Below, piece by piece: positions 62,951 through 64,000 of a stretch of DNA of 64,000 nucleotides. Both the position numbers and the translations under genes were made by a program. The notes beneath the pieces are model-generated. The model made no database searches. It had not been told where the DNA came from and was given only the letters and a program-made list of their open reading frames with translations. Source of the DNA: the human T2T-CHM13v2.0 reference genome, Homo sapiens; assembly GCF_009914755.1 (NCBI RefSeq), contig NC_060926.1; one strand, given 5' to 3'. Position 1 is the first letter of the stretch. Each line of letters begins with the position of its first letter.

Positions 62951-63451
62951 GTACATTTGTATAGGATATTATTCTAAATCCCCCCATGACACCTTTGGGA
63001 ACATGAAAGAAACCCGTCAGACACATTTGCTTTCAAGGGTATGAAAACTTAGATGAGCAGGGCTGGAGTTTTGATAGTACACTTTCTTTATGTTTCAGAC
63101 TTTTTCTTCTGTTTCATTTTTTTTACTTCCTTCCTTAATGCTACTAAATTGAATCAGAAGTGGTTGTGAATGAAACAGAGATTCAGTCAGGCATGTTTGA
63201 TGCTTATTACAAACCCATTGAAATAGGCTTGGCAGAGAAAGATAGACATTACATATTAAGGATAATTTGTGAAAAAAGAAAACAACTAAAAAGGATAATT
63301 TATGAGTCTCCTTGCCTCATCACTGCTAATAGTTAATAGTTATAATATTAAAAGATTTTGTGAACTTTAAGGTGGGTGAATGATATATTTAATAAAGCTT
63401 TTTAACTTTATAATTTATAGGACTTATTTAATATATTTTTATTTCTTATAG

Positions 63452-63487
63452 TGCAGAACGCTTTTTGGAACAGCCCGAGATACACAC
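63452..63487 (+). CDS. SLC30A6: ZnT6 exon 7 (36 nt), (S)AERFLEQPEIH(T); gene continues beyond the window
   Basis: ttatag|TGCAGA...ACACAC|gtgaga. Confidence 0.93.
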
Positions 63488-64000
63488 GTGAGATTTTATT
63501 TTCAATATATAATTTACTATTGATTCTTAATTATTAATTGATGTATTATTAAACAGTTGGCCAATGTCAGATTTCAGACTGTGGCAACATAACGTTTTTG
63601 CTGGTATTTCACAAACAAAATTCCCTAATACTAAGACTCCGTTTCTTTACTCTTAACAGTTCCCAAGTTCTAAATATTTTTATACTACACAGGAAGGCCT
63701 TTCTATCTTGGCTTCAGGCTTCTCATTATTTCCAGGCCTAGGAAACACTAACCCAGCTTCCCCTAGTCTTCTGTAATTTCAAATTTGACCTTCAAAATCT
63801 TTGCATAGCACCTGTAGAAAAGAGAATTGGACGAGGCTCAGGGATTCAGTGTAATCCCAGCACTTTGGGAGGCTAAGGCAGGAGGATCGCTTGAGTTCAG
63901 GAGTTCAAGACCAACCTGGACAACAGAGTGAGACCCTGTCTCCAAAAAAAAGAAACGTATATATGTTTCATATATATTGCAACTATGTGATTTTCATATA

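Overview
Human (or very closely related primate) genomic DNA from the SPAST-SLC30A6 locus (2p22.3), with both genes on the + strand. The window starts in SPAST intron 9 and contains spastin coding exons 10-17 (AAA ATPase C-terminal half, stop at 25052-25054) and the ~3.1 kb 3'UTR. An ~8 kb repeat-filled intergenic gap follows, then the SLC30A6 (ZnT6) CpG-island promoter and coding exons 1-7, plus an in-frame 120-nt Alu-derived cassette exon. By eye there are about 85 Alu copies or fragments (roughly a third of the window), plus L1, L2, MIR, MaLR/ERVL LTR and DNA-transposon fossils. Nearly all ORFs in the supplied track are Alu artefacts. I see no new gene system. The most notable unexplained structure is a set of short (32-190 bp) local copies pasted up to 2.9 kb from their source, with microhomology or short flanking repeats. 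One is a 125-bp copy of SPAST intron 10 inside an intron-9 Alu, which brackets exon 10 with direct repeats. Splice phases also make SPAST exon 16 to SLC30A6 exon 2 an in-frame fusion. Repeat boundaries and subfamilies are by-eye estimates; residue and cDNA numbering is from recall of the reference proteins.
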